A stretch of DNA of 64,000 bases from Rhizodiscina lignyota. Its lineage: Eukaryota. Below, piece by piece: positions 63,857-64,000 of the stretch. A program made the position numbers and the translations under genes. Positions within the stretch are counted from its first letter, which is position 1. Every line of letters begins with the position of its first letter. The stretch spans positions 496,001 to 560,000 of the forward strand of contig ML978127.1 of the NCBI GenBank assembly GCA_010015805.1, given 5' to 3'. The notes under the pieces were generated by a model. That model worked only from the letters and a program-made list of their open reading frames with translations. It did no database searches and was not told the origin of the DNA.

Positions 63857-64000
63857 GACGCCTGCGGCAGGAGATCAATCATCGACCTTCATTTCGTGCT
63901 TCATTTCTGCTGCAAGCTCTGCAGGTACCTTGGTCATGACGCGGTGCCTTTCCGTTTGTTATTCTTCTCCACGTTGCAGCTCCGCTTCCTTTTCTAATCC

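Overview
Gene-dense window from a filamentous ascomycete (Pezizomycotina), judged from short GT-AG introns with CTRAY branch points and from the gene content. About 25 protein genes can be reconstructed by hand. Conserved housekeeping genes: Ksp1-type kinase, UTR4 enolase-phosphatase, RVB2, a WD40 protein, GGC1, YPT1/Rab1, a Slk19-domain protein, SIP5, a PLP homeostasis protein, AP-2 alpha-adaptin and mitoribosomal mL50. Accessory genes: a C2H2 factor, ICMT-like protein, GPI cupredoxin, a 4-exon hydrophobin-like gene missing from the ORF track, a P450 with a GC-AG intron, a metallothionein, an MFS transporter and an FMO. I found no tRNA, rRNA, CRISPR array or recognisable transposon. The best finding is in YPT1: its first intervening sequence looks like a nested spliceosomal twin intron (stwintron). 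A 97-nt inner intron splits the outer donor GTG|AGT between nt 3 and 4, so two ordered splicing steps are the best-supported route to the conserved start MNPEYDYLFK. All family assignments come from motif recognition, not database searches.
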